Source of the DNA: Thainema sp.
GTDB taxonomy: Bacteria; Cyanobacteriota; Cyanobacteriia; Phormidesmidales; Phormidesmidaceae
NCBI GenBank assembly: GCA_052168235.1
Contig: JBQLZK010000015.1
Span: 1-64,000, forward strand
DNA: 64,000 nucleotides
Reading direction: 5' to 3'
The notes below the pieces were generated by a model. The model saw only the letters and a program-made list of their open reading frames with translations, had not been told where the DNA came from and searched no databases. The first letter of the stretch is position 1. The number at the start of each line of letters is the position of its first letter. Below are positions 1 through 10,000 of the stretch, one piece after another. The position numbers and the translations under genes are program-made.

Positions 1-13
1 TTAAAGATTGGTG

Positions 14-523
14 TCACAGCCGTTCGATGGCGACCCGCTCTTGCTGGAGCACCTGGGCATAGATGCAGTCTCTGGCACTGGCTGCAATCTCGTCCCAATC
101 CTCCCGCCTCAGCACCCTACCAAAAACAGCTCGAATTTGACGATGAACCGCTTCTGTCATTTCCCATTCGCCTTGGGGCTGGGAGAGTTGCGTTTTCAGG
201 AGAGACAGTAAGGTTTCCTCTACATTTGGTTCAGGTCGATGAAGCCGTTTCATAATCAGTTCGTAACCTTTCACTTCAGCGGCCTCTGCTCCAATGCCTA
301 AGTTCCACTCGGCGACTAGCTCTTTCCACGCTTGCATCACCATTGACCGCAACTGGGAAAAGTAGCTATAGCCTTGGGGATTGGCCAGTACGGCTCCCAA
401 ATGGGTGCCCCAACCATAACCCGCTAGCGCCTCACACTCTACCGATTCTTCTCGACGAGCTGCCGCTTCAAACCACGCGTCATCGTCCAGCAAATCCATG
501 AAGTTAAAGTCATCTTGCGCCAT
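14..523 (-). CDS. hypothetical protein (169 aa)
   Basis: Clean ATG ORF with GAGG a few nt upstream and protein-like composition; no recognisable motif. Confidence 0.7.
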   Translation of the reverse strand: MAQDDFNFMDLLDDDAWFEAAARREESVECEALAGYGWGTHLGAVLANPQGYSYFSQLRSMVMQAWKELVAEWNLGIGAEAAEVKGYELIMKRLHRPEPNVEETLLSLLKTQLSQPQGEWEMTEAVHRQIRAVFGRVLRREDWDEIAASARDCIYAQVLQQERVAIERL

Positions 524-755
524 TGCTCACCTCTGGAAGCGACTGTACTCAAAATGATTACACGGCAAATGTTCAGTAGAGCGGATCCTGACCTCCTTCG
601 AAAAGGGTTCCTCCTCGCTGGCTGATTACCTTATCCATACCTTCCTTATCTGATGAAGAAATGGAAATACTCGGCTAAAAGTAGGCAATAGTTGGCTAGA
701 ACCATAGTGTTTTCCCTCAATATCCAAAATCCCTTCTCTCATCTTTCTTTGACTC

Positions 756-2003
756 TCAAATCCCTCCGACAAGAGACGCAGCTGCGTCAATCGGAACAGG
801 TCTGCCGATTAGATAACCTTGAACCTTCGATACGCAGAGTTCACGAAGCGTCTTTAATTCTGCGCTCGTCTGAACTCCTTCTGCAACAGTTCTACTACCA
901 GTTTCTTCGGCAAACCGGATCAAAGCTGCTGCAAGAGCCCGACTTGAAAAATCTGAATCAATATGGCGGATAATGCTCATGTCTAGCTTAATCACATCTG
1001 GCCTTAACTTCAAAATGTGGCGAAAACTAGAGTATCCTGCGCCTGCGTCATCCACCGCCAAGCGTAAACCGCGCCTACGAAACAGTTCGAGCATCTGAGC
1101 AAACTTCAGATAATCAGCTACTGAAATATGCTCAGTAACTTCTAACACGATTCGGTCTACCGGTACATTATCAAGCACAGAAGTCAACGCACCACTCAGA
1201 ATGGCATCAGGAGAAATATTGAGCGACAAGTATACATCCTCGGGCAGAAAATTGAGCCCTTTCAAGGCTTGCTCAAGCACTTCTAGTTCTAAACATATAC
1301 CTAGACCCACTTTATAAGCTTCATCGAACCATACATCCGGTGAACGAGTTGGAACTGATAGAAATCGAGTCAGGGCTTCAAACCCAGCAATTCGATTCTC
1401 TCCAATATCCCAGATGGGCTGATAAACAATCATAAATTCTTTAGAGGCAAGCAGAAAGTTAATTCTCTCTGTTATCTCATTGTGAATTTGTACTGTCTTA
1501 ACTTGTCGTTCGATTTGAAGCGCAACGAGGTTTGCAAAGGCACTCATAACTGCAATAGAACGTTCATCCAGAGTCTGATCAGGGGTTACGCTAAAGCAAC
1601 AGAAAGTCCCATACGTATGACCGTCCGTCAGATAAATAGGAACGCTAAGATGAGCACCGATCGGCAGACTAGTTGTGATCGGCAACTCTAAGGCTTCAGG
1701 AAAACAGGCAGCATCTTGCATTAACTGAGGCAAGCGCCCGTCTACAATCCGTTGACAATAGCTTTCCTCTAACAAATCAGATGTGCCTACTTGAATAAAC
1801 TGCCTATTAGGTAAAGCATCAACATACTTGAATAAACGTCTACCTCCTGAGAACTCTGAGATGAAGGCAACATCCATACCTAAAGACAAACGAATGGTTC
1901 TTAGAATATCTATGATTACTTCATCATTACAGCTATAACAAGCACGATTTTTAGTATCAGCTGAATTCTGACCATCATGCGCTTTTAGAGGCAGATCAAC
2001 CAT
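756..2003 (-). CDS. GAF sensor-EAL c-di-GMP phosphodiesterase
   Basis: N-terminal GAF-like region (LGMDVAFISEF, SYCQRIVDG, GTFCCF). EAL domain with YQPI, FEALTRF, LNISP, LEVTE, DDAGAGYSS, IKLD, AEGVQT, QGY. Confidence 0.92.
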   Translation of the reverse strand: MVDLPLKAHDGQNSADTKNRACYSCNDEVIIDILRTIRLSLGMDVAFISEFSGGRRLFKYVDALPNRQFIQVGTSDLLEESYCQRIVDGRLPQLMQDAACFPEALELPITTSLPIGAHLSVPIYLTDGHTYGTFCCFSVTPDQTLDERSIAVMSAFANLVALQIERQVKTVQIHNEITERINFLLASKEFMIVYQPIWDIGENRIAGFEALTRFLSVPTRSPDVWFDEAYKVGLGICLELEVLEQALKGLNFLPEDVYLSLNISPDAILSGALTSVLDNVPVDRIVLEVTEHISVADYLKFAQMLELFRRRGLRLAVDDAGAGYSSFRHILKLRPDVIKLDMSIIRHIDSDFSSRALAAALIRFAEETGSRTVAEGVQTSAELKTLRELCVSKVQGYLIGRPVPIDAAASLVGGI

Positions 2004-2009
2004 GCTTAT

Positions 2010-2861
2010 TCAGGCGCTTCTAGAAATACAATCATGGGTCAAATTCTGCATTTGCAGATCCCAAAATTTAACCCATAGATCACAATATTCTCGACACAGA
2101 AATTCTATATGTTTATACTCCTCAGGAAGTAATGATTGCATCAAAACTTGCCATAAGTCTGATTCATGGACATCATCATCAGCCTCGGACTGAGCGTCGC
2201 TGCTTTCTCCATGACAGAGATAATAGCCCGAAGTTGTCGTCACACCTGAAGCTTTCGCATTTCGCCTCATTGGGGCACTAAAGAGAACAACAACTCTCTC
2301 GGCTACTGCTAACAGGCTAGTAACCGCACTTAAGCTTTCGTAAGAGGATCGCAAATGCTGCAAAAGCTGATGGGCAATTGGCGACGGAACATATTCCGAC
2401 CTTTCAATTGGGCTAATACCTAACTCACTCAGAACGTTCTCATAAAGTGGATAATGTGCTCGGTAGGGAGTGCCACAATATCCATTGGGTTCGCTAGTAT
2501 CAGCGTCAAACCGAAAACCAAATTCATCAAGAATATTGAAGGTTAGAAGAAAGCGGGCCGCCATTTTCTGGCCAGCTTGCAGTCGTGGTTCTAGCTGGCG
2601 ACATTGGTATTGTGCCATCAGCAAAGCATCAGTAAATTCCTGCACAATGGCATGTCGATACTCCAAATGAATCCGACTAGTTGCCGCCTTCGAGAAAGTA
2701 GCATGATTCAGTGCAGAAATGGCTGGATGCACAGATACGGGATGGCTCAAAATCATATCCTGTACACGAGCAACAAACTCTTGATTCTTGGACCAAAGCG
2801 CATCAGGAATTGAATGCCGCATCGTTTCTCTAGCTATCTGACCAGAAATACTTGAACTCAC
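2010..2861 (-). CDS. heme-oxygenase-like (HDO/CADD/PqqC-type) putative diiron enzyme
   Basis: Helical protein with spaced candidate metal ligands DEFG, AHY, AER, CHG, DDVHE as in HDO enzymes. GTG start with AAGGGAG RBS; 6 bp from the EAL gene. Confidence 0.65.
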   Translation of the reverse strand: MSSSISGQIARETMRHSIPDALWSKNQEFVARVQDMILSHPVSVHPAISALNHATFSKAATSRIHLEYRHAIVQEFTDALLMAQYQCRQLEPRLQAGQKMAARFLLTFNILDEFGFRFDADTSEPNGYCGTPYRAHYPLYENVLSELGISPIERSEYVPSPIAHQLLQHLRSSYESLSAVTSLLAVAERVVVLFSAPMRRNAKASGVTTTSGYYLCHGESSDAQSEADDDVHESDLWQVLMQSLLPEEYKHIEFLCREYCDLWVKFWDLQMQNLTHDCISRSA

Positions 2862-3150
2862 TACAAACTCCCTTGGACACCAAATAGAACATACCCACAG
2901 TCAACGCAGAGGATACAGGAATCGACATCAAAAGTACAGATCGTTCCGTTTTTAGAGGTCATGAGAAGGAGCACAGATGAAAGCTCTCTTACAAATTTCA
3001 AGCACCAAGCCAAAATGACCAAGCCTAGCTCGTCGCAAAGCTCAAGAGCCACTTACGCTGATACATCAAAGATATGTGAGAATCATCCAAGGATGCATAA
3101 TCTGGACTGGTTAGCCGACATTCTGCATTTCTCATTGAGAAAAACGATAA

Positions 3151-3162
3151 TACAGATCTGTA
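3151..3162. promoter_or_regulatory. palindrome TACAGATCTGTA, candidate TetR operator
   Basis: Perfect 12-bp palindrome in the divergent intergenic region; related site GTACAGATCGTTCC at 2934-2947. Confidence 0.4.
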
Positions 3163-3337
3163 CACATGTCAATCAGTTGTATTGTATTTAACAGCGATTC
3201 TTTTGTACAAGTACCTCCTGTTATCCTGTATTATTTGATTCTTAATTCTCTTAAATTCTTCTTTAAAGCTTGGTTCGTATAACCTTTTTCAACATCTTTG
3301 GTCATCTTCTGTCATTATCTTGAGTGTCGAAATATCT

Positions 3338-3898
3338 ATGAGTAGCAAACCAAAAGAACGTTTGATTGAGAATGCTCTGAAACTATTTTGTCAGCATGGC
3401 TTTTTTGCCACTGGAATTGACACCATTCTCGCTGAAGCGAAGGTTTCTAAAACGACCTTGTACAGAAATTTTAGGTCAAAAGAAGAGCTAATTATTGCAG
3501 CCCTTCGCAGGCAAGATGAAAGTTTCCGCAATTGGTTTATGCAAGCTGTGGATAAAGCATTTAGCGATCCCGTTGACAGAGTGATCGCTGTTTTCGACAT
3601 CTATCAATCATGGGCTGAGAGAGAAGAATTTAATGGTTGTGCTTTTGTCAAAGCCTCAGCTGAATATCCATCTATCGAATCTCCCATTCATGCTATTTGT
3701 GCTGAGCATAAGAGACTGATGATGCGATATATTCAGAGTCTGATAGAGGCAGCTGAAATTCAGGACTCTGCTAATGTCGCAACTCAATTTATGGTTCTTT
3801 TGGACGGAGCTACAGTACTGGCCCAGATTATGGGGGAATCTCACCCCTTCCAACAAGCCAAAGAATCTGCTCAAAAACTGATTAGCAGTACTTATTAA
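3338..3898 (+). CDS. TetR/AcrR family transcriptional regulator
   Basis: HTH signature LFCQHGFFATGIDTILAEAKVSKTTLYRNFRSKEELI and C-terminal GCAF motif. ATG at 3338 preferred over TTG at 3320. Confidence 0.93.
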   Translation: MSSKPKERLIENALKLFCQHGFFATGIDTILAEAKVSKTTLYRNFRSKEELIIAALRRQDESFRNWFMQAVDKAFSDPVDRVIAVFDIYQSWAEREEFNGCAFVKASAEYPSIESPIHAICAEHKRLMMRYIQSLIEAAEIQDSANVATQFMVLLDGATVLAQIMGESHPFQQAKESAQKLISSTY

Positions 3899-3914
3899 GC
3901 CAATGTCAGAACTG

Positions 3915-4103
3915 ATTACTTTGTGCAAGCCTTGATAATCTGCCCTTGATAGCGTTGCTCATAGTAGTTGGCACCCGGACGTCATAGCTTCCCCCAGAAC
4001 TCCAGAGCCGATAGAAGAGGCGAGCCAATTTATGAACAGTGGCTGTAATGGCTTTGGGTGTTGCCAATCGTATTCGTAGACGTCGATAAAAAAACCCTAG
4101 AGC
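3915..4103 (-). pseudogene. IS110-family transposase C-terminal remnant (frameshifted)
   Basis: Reverse strand translates ALGFFYRRLRIRLATPKAITATVHKLARLFYRLWSSGGSY, then after a frameshift PGANYYEQRYQGQIIK, matching the typical IS110 C-terminus. Confidence 0.75.
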
Positions 4104-4371
4104 AAAATCGGGCTATCTGTTCTCCGGTCGCAAGGGTGGCTGTATTACCCGCCAGGCTTGTGATATAGCTTCGAGACAAGCTTGCGATCGCATCGGTCTA
4201 CGGGGCTTCAGTACCCACAGCAATCGGCGCACTTGGGCGACCAAGTTGGATAAGGCAGGAGTGAGGCTGAAGACGATCCAAGATCTCGGCGGATGGACTT
4301 CGATGGCGGCACTACAGCGCTATTTGGAGGTGTCGGATGAAGAGAAGGTAGATGCGATCGCAAAGTTGTGA
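4104..4371 (+). pseudogene. tyrosine recombinase/integrase C-terminal fragment
   Basis: Frame 4108-4371 reads SGYLFSGRKGGCITRQAC...GFSTHSNRRTWATKLDKAGVRLKTIQDLGGWTSMAALQRYLEVSDEEKVDAIAKL* (HxxR, LGGW, catalytic Y). In-frame stop at 4087 and no N-terminus. Confidence 0.85.
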
Positions 4372-4465
4372 AGTGGTCAAACTACGCTGAAGATATTGCT
4401 CTGTTAACACTGGGTATTTTACAAACAATGATGGTGAAGCCTGTGAGAGTCTGCGTTGACGAGAG

Positions 4466-4885
4466 GTGAGTGTGAAATACTTCAATCCCAAGGTTATGAA
4501 GCCGAATGTCAGCCAGTTTCATGAGGCTGTGAGAGACAAGATAAGTGAGTCAGGACAGCAGAGTATTGCTTACAAAGCAGTTCTAAATTTGTTTGAGCAA
4601 GCGCAGTCACTGTATCGGAGTCTAGATGGTGTGACATCTCCAAACATTGCTCACCTGAAGGATGCGAATAAGTACCTTACCCAACGGCAGGAGACTGACG
4701 CTATCGCGCTCACAGCTTTGTATGTACGGAGTTTGGGAACTATTTTTGCTCATAATGCGGTGAAGCAAGACACCACGCTCAGCGACCAAGATCGCCTGGT
4801 GTTGGAAATGGCGATCAGCCTCTATAGAAGCACTTGTGACGCTAACTACAGCACGTTAGGTAATCCTCGGTGGATCGATGAATAG
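4466..4885 (+). CDS. hypothetical protein (139 aa)
   Basis: ORF with GAGAG immediately upstream and helical composition; start uncertain. Confidence 0.6.
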   Translation: MSVKYFNPKVMKPNVSQFHEAVRDKISESGQQSIAYKAVLNLFEQAQSLYRSLDGVTSPNIAHLKDANKYLTQRQETDAIALTALYVRSLGTIFAHNAVKQDTTLSDQDRLVLEMAISLYRSTCDANYSTLGNPRWIDE

Positions 4886-4976
4886 AGTTGCGGATGAATA
4901 AAACTGCGATCGCAACTTTCAACGTTATAGCTTCTCCACCTTCCAGGCACTCTGAAATATCATCTTTTCTATTGTT

Positions 4977-5109
4977 CGCTTAACTGATTAATCGGTTAAG
5001 CGTTTACGCGATTTACTGATTAAGCGCTAAAATCCTTGCAGATAGGCAGCTTTTTGTTCTGCTATCTATTTGATTAATCGCTTAAGCCTTAACTATTTAA
5101 TCGAATAAG
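4977..5109. repeat. tandem degenerate 8-bp repeats (YGNTTAAN), candidate partition centromere/operator
   Basis: Seven phased octamers at 4977-5032 and about five more at 5071-5109, directly upstream of parA. Confidence 0.7.
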
Positions 5110-5112
5110 CAA

Positions 5113-5709
5113 ATGATTATCACCGTTGCTGGCTTCAAAGGCGGAGTGGGCAAGACGACTACCGCGATTCATCTAGCCTGCTACTTTGCCCAACAGTCTG
5201 AAAAGACTCTGCTCGTCGATGGCGACCCTAACCGTTCTTCCCTGTCTTGGTCTAAACGGGGCATCCTGCCGTTTCAGGTTTGTGATCTGATGGCAGCGGC
5301 TAAGGTATCTCGTGGAAAAGAACACGTCATCGTAGACACTGAGGCTCATCCTGACGAAGACGAATTAGAGGCACTGGCGGAAGGCTGCGATCTATTAGTC
5401 TTGCCTACCACTCCTGATGCCCTGGCTTTAGAGGCACTGCTGGCCACCGTCGATAACCTGCAAAACCTCAAGTCCTATGGTGTGGTGCTGACGATGGTAG
5501 ACAGCCGTAAGAAAGCCACTGCTGAACAAGCCAGAGAAACGCTTAACCGCTTAAGCATTCCAGTGTTTAATCAAATGATTAGGCGCTTAACCGCTTACGA
5601 GAAAGCAGCCTTGGCCGGGGTGCCCGTGTATCAAACAGGCGATCGCTTTGGTCGGATTGCCTGGGGTGAGTATGAATCATTAGGGAAGGAGATCGAGAAC
5701 AATGGCTGA
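5113..5709 (+). CDS. parA: short ParA/ParF-type partition ATPase
   Basis: KGGVGKTT deviant Walker A, LVDGDPN, IVDT; 198 aa with no N-terminal HTH. Confidence 0.93.
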   Translation: MIITVAGFKGGVGKTTTAIHLACYFAQQSEKTLLVDGDPNRSSLSWSKRGILPFQVCDLMAAAKVSRGKEHVIVDTEAHPDEDELEALAEGCDLLVLPTTPDALALEALLATVDNLQNLKSYGVVLTMVDSRKKATAEQARETLNRLSIPVFNQMIRRLTAYEKAALAGVPVYQTGDRFGRIAWGEYESLGKEIENNG

Positions 5710-5968
5710 TCCAGCAAGTATGTTTGACAAGTTAGCCCAGCAGCGACAGAAGGCAAAGACACCACAACCGGAGCCAGCACCAGAACCGCAACGGCGGCAA
5801 CGGAAGGCGACTGGAAAGCGTTCTGATCCGAATTACATCCAAGTGGGGGCATATATCCCGAAGGAACTGAATAAGGATGTGAAGCGGTTGCTAGTGGATG
5901 CAGAAGGCGATTTCTCTGATCTGGTAACGGAACTGCTGGAGCAGTGGGTTAAGCGGCAAAACGGTTAG
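5702..5968 (+). CDS. small centromere-binding adaptor (ParG-like ribbon-helix-helix)
   Basis: 88 aa, overlaps parA. Flexible N-terminus, then GKRSDPNYIQVGAYIPKEL...FSDLVTELLEQW (beta-helix-helix pattern). Confidence 0.75.
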   Translation: MADPASMFDKLAQQRQKAKTPQPEPAPEPQRRQRKATGKRSDPNYIQVGAYIPKELNKDVKRLLVDAEGDFSDLVTELLEQWVKRQNG

Positions 5969-6014
5969 TTGCTTGTCTGATTCACTGCTTAATCACTTAA
6001 TCAGACAAGCAACT
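5967..6014. terminator. perfect 16-bp inverted repeat after the par operon
   Basis: AGTTGCTTGTCTGATT (5967-5982) and AATCAGACAAGCAACT (5999-6014), followed by GTGTTT; could also be a protein-binding site. Confidence 0.55.
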
Positions 6015-6091
6015 GTGTTTATAGTACAAATGTATGTAAATTAATGCTGAATAGGCTAGAGTGAAAACAACACGAATACCTGCTAAGCCCC

Positions 6092-6469
6092 ATGTACAGT
6101 CGGGAAAATCATCTCGATCAATTAGATCTGGACTACGAACACGACGCAGCCTATGAGGACAGTCTGCTCGAATCTGCGATCGCAGATGAAATCGCTCAGA
6201 TGAAACTGGTGCTGTGTGGCGACTCATCTAAGGGAGCGCTCGAAGACTCCTCATATCTTTCTGTCAATCCGACCTATGTCGGACCATTGTCTATCGGTCA
6301 GCGCCAACTGTATGAGATTCTGCTCACTCTTCAGCAAGCCTCAGTTTACACAGTGACCACTATCGGCAAGCTGGCCCGAATGATGGATCTACAGGTGCCA
6401 ATGGCCTGCGGTAAGCGACTGGAAAATCTACAATCCTTGGGCGCAATCTCCGGCTTCAACGGCGACTAA
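6092..6469 (+). CDS. hypothetical protein, possible C-terminal winged helix
   Basis: 125-aa ORF; TTIGKLARMMDL...KRLENLQSLGAI resembles a wHTH. Confidence 0.65.
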   Translation: MYSRENHLDQLDLDYEHDAAYEDSLLESAIADEIAQMKLVLCGDSSKGALEDSSYLSVNPTYVGPLSIGQRQLYEILLTLQQASVYTVTTIGKLARMMDLQVPMACGKRLENLQSLGAISGFNGD

Positions 6470-6715
6470 ATTTGAGCGTCCTACGGTAGAGCTGACATGA
6501 TTATCTGAATCTGAGATCGCAACTCCACATATCAAGAAAGAGGAATAACACGGGTGTGCAACACCGAGCAACGAACCTGCTTCATTCACTGATTGATTAG
6601 CAAAACTACTTTATTACACTTTGTAATGTTTCAACGTGGGGCCTGAATCCCTCTTCTAGCAAGGGTTATAGCAATAAGCACCAACTATATCTAGTGGAAA
6701 CACTGAACCAAGCAA

Positions 6716-6782
6716 CCGTAATAGCACGGATTTAGGACAAGTAGAGTACTAGCCTGCTGCGTGATTTCCGTAAGAATACGGA
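6716..6782. promoter_or_regulatory. two CCGTA-N4-(T/C)ACGG palindromic sites upstream of the Rhs gene
   Basis: CCGTAATAGCACGG at 6716-6729 and TCCGTAAGAATACGGA at 6767-6782. Confidence 0.4.
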
Positions 6783-7099
6783 TATGGTCAGTCATCGATT
6801 CATGAGATAAACCATAAGCGTTCCCTATCAGCATCTACTGAAAGATAAATACCAATTAGGTCTGTTGACTTTCAGTAAATCAGTTCAGTTTTAACGACGC
6901 GCCAACCAATTATATTTGTGCGCTCTCCTAGCAAGCTTTATCTCGCTCAATTATCCAGGCTTTTAAAAATTTAATTTCTCACTTCGGCTCAAGCTGTTGA
7001 TTTGCTTGTTGCGTTGTTTAGGCAATGACTTAAACAACCTATATTGTGCTGCTTTGGGCTGAGCAGCTATTCATCCTTGCCGTCTCATTCACCATTGTC

Positions 7100-10000
7100 A
7101 TGGCTCTATCTTCTTCTGCTTCAGATCCGACGTTGTCCTCTACTTCAGTCGGAACGGGCATGATTCCGTCTGCTTTTGATGATTCGACAGGCATTCTATC
7201 TGGAGATGGCTCAGTCTTAGCTAGTTTGTTTAAGCCGCTTTATGCGCCGCTGAGTATTAACTATGGTGAATTCAATCAACCGCTCAATCCGTTTTTAGCT
7301 GAAACCCCAGAGCTACGGAATATCCTAGATTTGGGAATTGGATCAGATACAGAATCACCCTTTGACACTCTGCGACTCGGGTTCGATTCTCTAACGGGGT
7401 ATACGCCTGATACTCCATTGATTGATATGGGGTCATCAGCATCTCTTCTGGCTACCGATACGGCATCCACCTCAACGCCTCTATCGTTTACAGGGTCAGC
7501 CACTCAAGGTCAAACTGAGACGACAGCATCCCTAACCCCGTTGATTAGTCCAGAGCCATCAGAATCATCTAATAAGAATGATACTGTCGCGCTCTCCTCA
7601 ACACCACTGTCTTTGACGGAATCCGAATCTCAGGGCGGAACAGCGGCAGTGATGGCTTTGGCAGCGAGCACCGGAACCGGACTCACCGCAGAATATTTCG
7701 ACAACATCAACTTTACCCAGTTGAAGATGAGACGGGTTGATGCGGCAGTTGACTTCAACTGGCAGCTGAGATCACCTCATCCGGATATGGGTAGTGATAC
7801 CTTTAGCGTCCGCTGGAGCGGCAAGATTGAACCGCTTTACTCAGAAACCTATACGTTTTCAGTTCCCGCCAGTGGGGGTGTGCGACTGCGGATTGATAAT
7901 CAGCTGATCATCGATAATCCGCTTAATAGCCTAATACCTACCACCGGTCAAATCAGTTTGCAGGCGGGGCAGCAGTATGACATCCAACTGGAGTATTACG
8001 AAGATGTCGTTAACAGTGATGTGCGTCTGGAATGGCAATCAACTAGTCAGTCACTGGAAGTGGTGCCCACCAGTCAGCTCTTTCCCACCGATGACCAACC
8101 GATTTCTCCCCTAGCCGCCTTCCAAGTGCCGTTGGTCAGTAATCCGACACTGACGGGCACCATTGAAGTCGTTGACCGCCAAACGATCCTAGGTGCGGTG
8201 CTGTACAACGAATTCGGGCTATATCGGGTTGATGATGAATTGGGTCGGATTGGCAATCTACTGCCAGGAGACATCGGCTACAACAGCGCGGCTCTATCTG
8301 CTGGGCGGCGAGTTGCCAGCTTGGGACGAAACGATACCGAGGTCGTTCTTGAGTTTGAGCCCGGTCAGTGGCTAGCCGCCTACTACAAACCTATTCCCTT
8401 AAATCTACTCAGTCCAGTTACAACACATTTCTCGTTTACAGCGGCAAACCTCGATCAAACCGATCATGTACAGGAGCAAGACCTCGGCTTCTCCAATTTT
8501 GAAGTGGCCTTCGAAGATTTAATCCTCGGTGGCAATCAGGATTTCAACGATTTGGTAGCTCAGGTTCGATTTGTTAATACCGATCCAATCTGGACGACCG
8601 ATCCCATTGAAGAAGCTTTGGCTGGCTATGCTTACACCTATGATGCGGAAGCCACCGATCAAGAAGGAGATTCGCTGACCTATCAGTTGCTCAGCAGCCC
8701 AGAGGGAATGACGATTGACTCGGCAACGGGCCTAATTTCATGGCAACCGGATGAAGTGGATATCGGTGATTATTCTATTGTTGTCCAGGTTGATGATGGA
8801 CGGGGTGGACTCAATCAGCAATCCTACACCCTATCGGTTCAGCCGCCGCCACGATTCACCGTTGATGATGTCACCTTAGACGAAGGCGACAGTGGCACCA
8901 CAGAAGCTGTCTTTACCGTGCGAGCATCCGCTGGAACGATTTATCCGATGACCGTTGACTACACGACGGTTGAAGGCACGGCGACTGCGGGTGTGGACTA
9001 CACTGCTCAATCCGGTCGTTTGACCTTTGCAGCAGGTGAAACCGTGCAGACGATCGCGGTGCCGATTATGGGCGATACGCTGCACGAGTGGAGTGAAACC
9101 TTCAGCCTTGTCCTATCGAATCCAGACTATGCCGCAATTGAGGATGGAGAAGGTGTTGGCACCATTACCGATGATGATGAACCACCCACAGCGGTCATCG
9201 ATGATGTCGAGATCACAGAGGGTGATGATGGGATCCAGGACATCACCTTCACAGTTAATTTATCCACCGAGAGTGGCCGTCCGATTACGATTGACTATCA
9301 AACACAGGACGGTACTGCTTTAGCGGGTGCCGATTACGAAGCGACCAGCGGCACAATTACTTTCAATCCCGGCGAAACCAGCCAGACCATTACGGTTTCA
9401 GCTCTTAGCGATACGCTGGATGAACCGACCGAAACCTTCACGGTTGATCTGCTCAATCCCAATAACGTCACGCTGGCAGATAATCAAGGACTCGGCAGCA
9501 TCCTGGACAATGATGAGCCACCCATTGCTACCATCAGTGATGTGCAAATCGATGAAGGCGATAGCGGTGAAGTCAATGCCATCTTCACGGTGAGTCTGTC
9601 ATCTGAAAGTGGCTATCCCATCACGATTGACTACACGACAGCTGCTGGTACGGCAAGTGCTGGTGATGACTACACATCAGTTAATGGTACTGTCACTTTT
9701 GAACCTGGAGAGGTAGTTCAAACAATTAGTGTGCCGATAAAAGGTGATCTACTCGATGAGCTAGATGAGGAGACCTTTACCGTTGCTCTCTCTAATCCAA
9801 TCAACGTCACTCTTGTCGAGGATGAAGAAGCAGGAACCGGCATCATTCTCGATGATGACCTACCGCCGCTACTGTCTGTTGATGACATTACGGTTTCCGA
9901 AAGCGACGACGGCCAGGACAGCCAAGCCACGTTTACAGTGAGCCTATCAGCTCCCAGCAGCCTCCCAATCACCGTCGATTACACCACTGTAAATGGCACC

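Noticed and set aside
756..2861. Heme oxygenase plus phytochrome light-sensing pair
   Set aside because: The GAF lacks a recognisable bilin-binding DIP/CH motif and PAS/PHY domains, and the enzyme looks like a diiron HDO rather than a true heme oxygenase.
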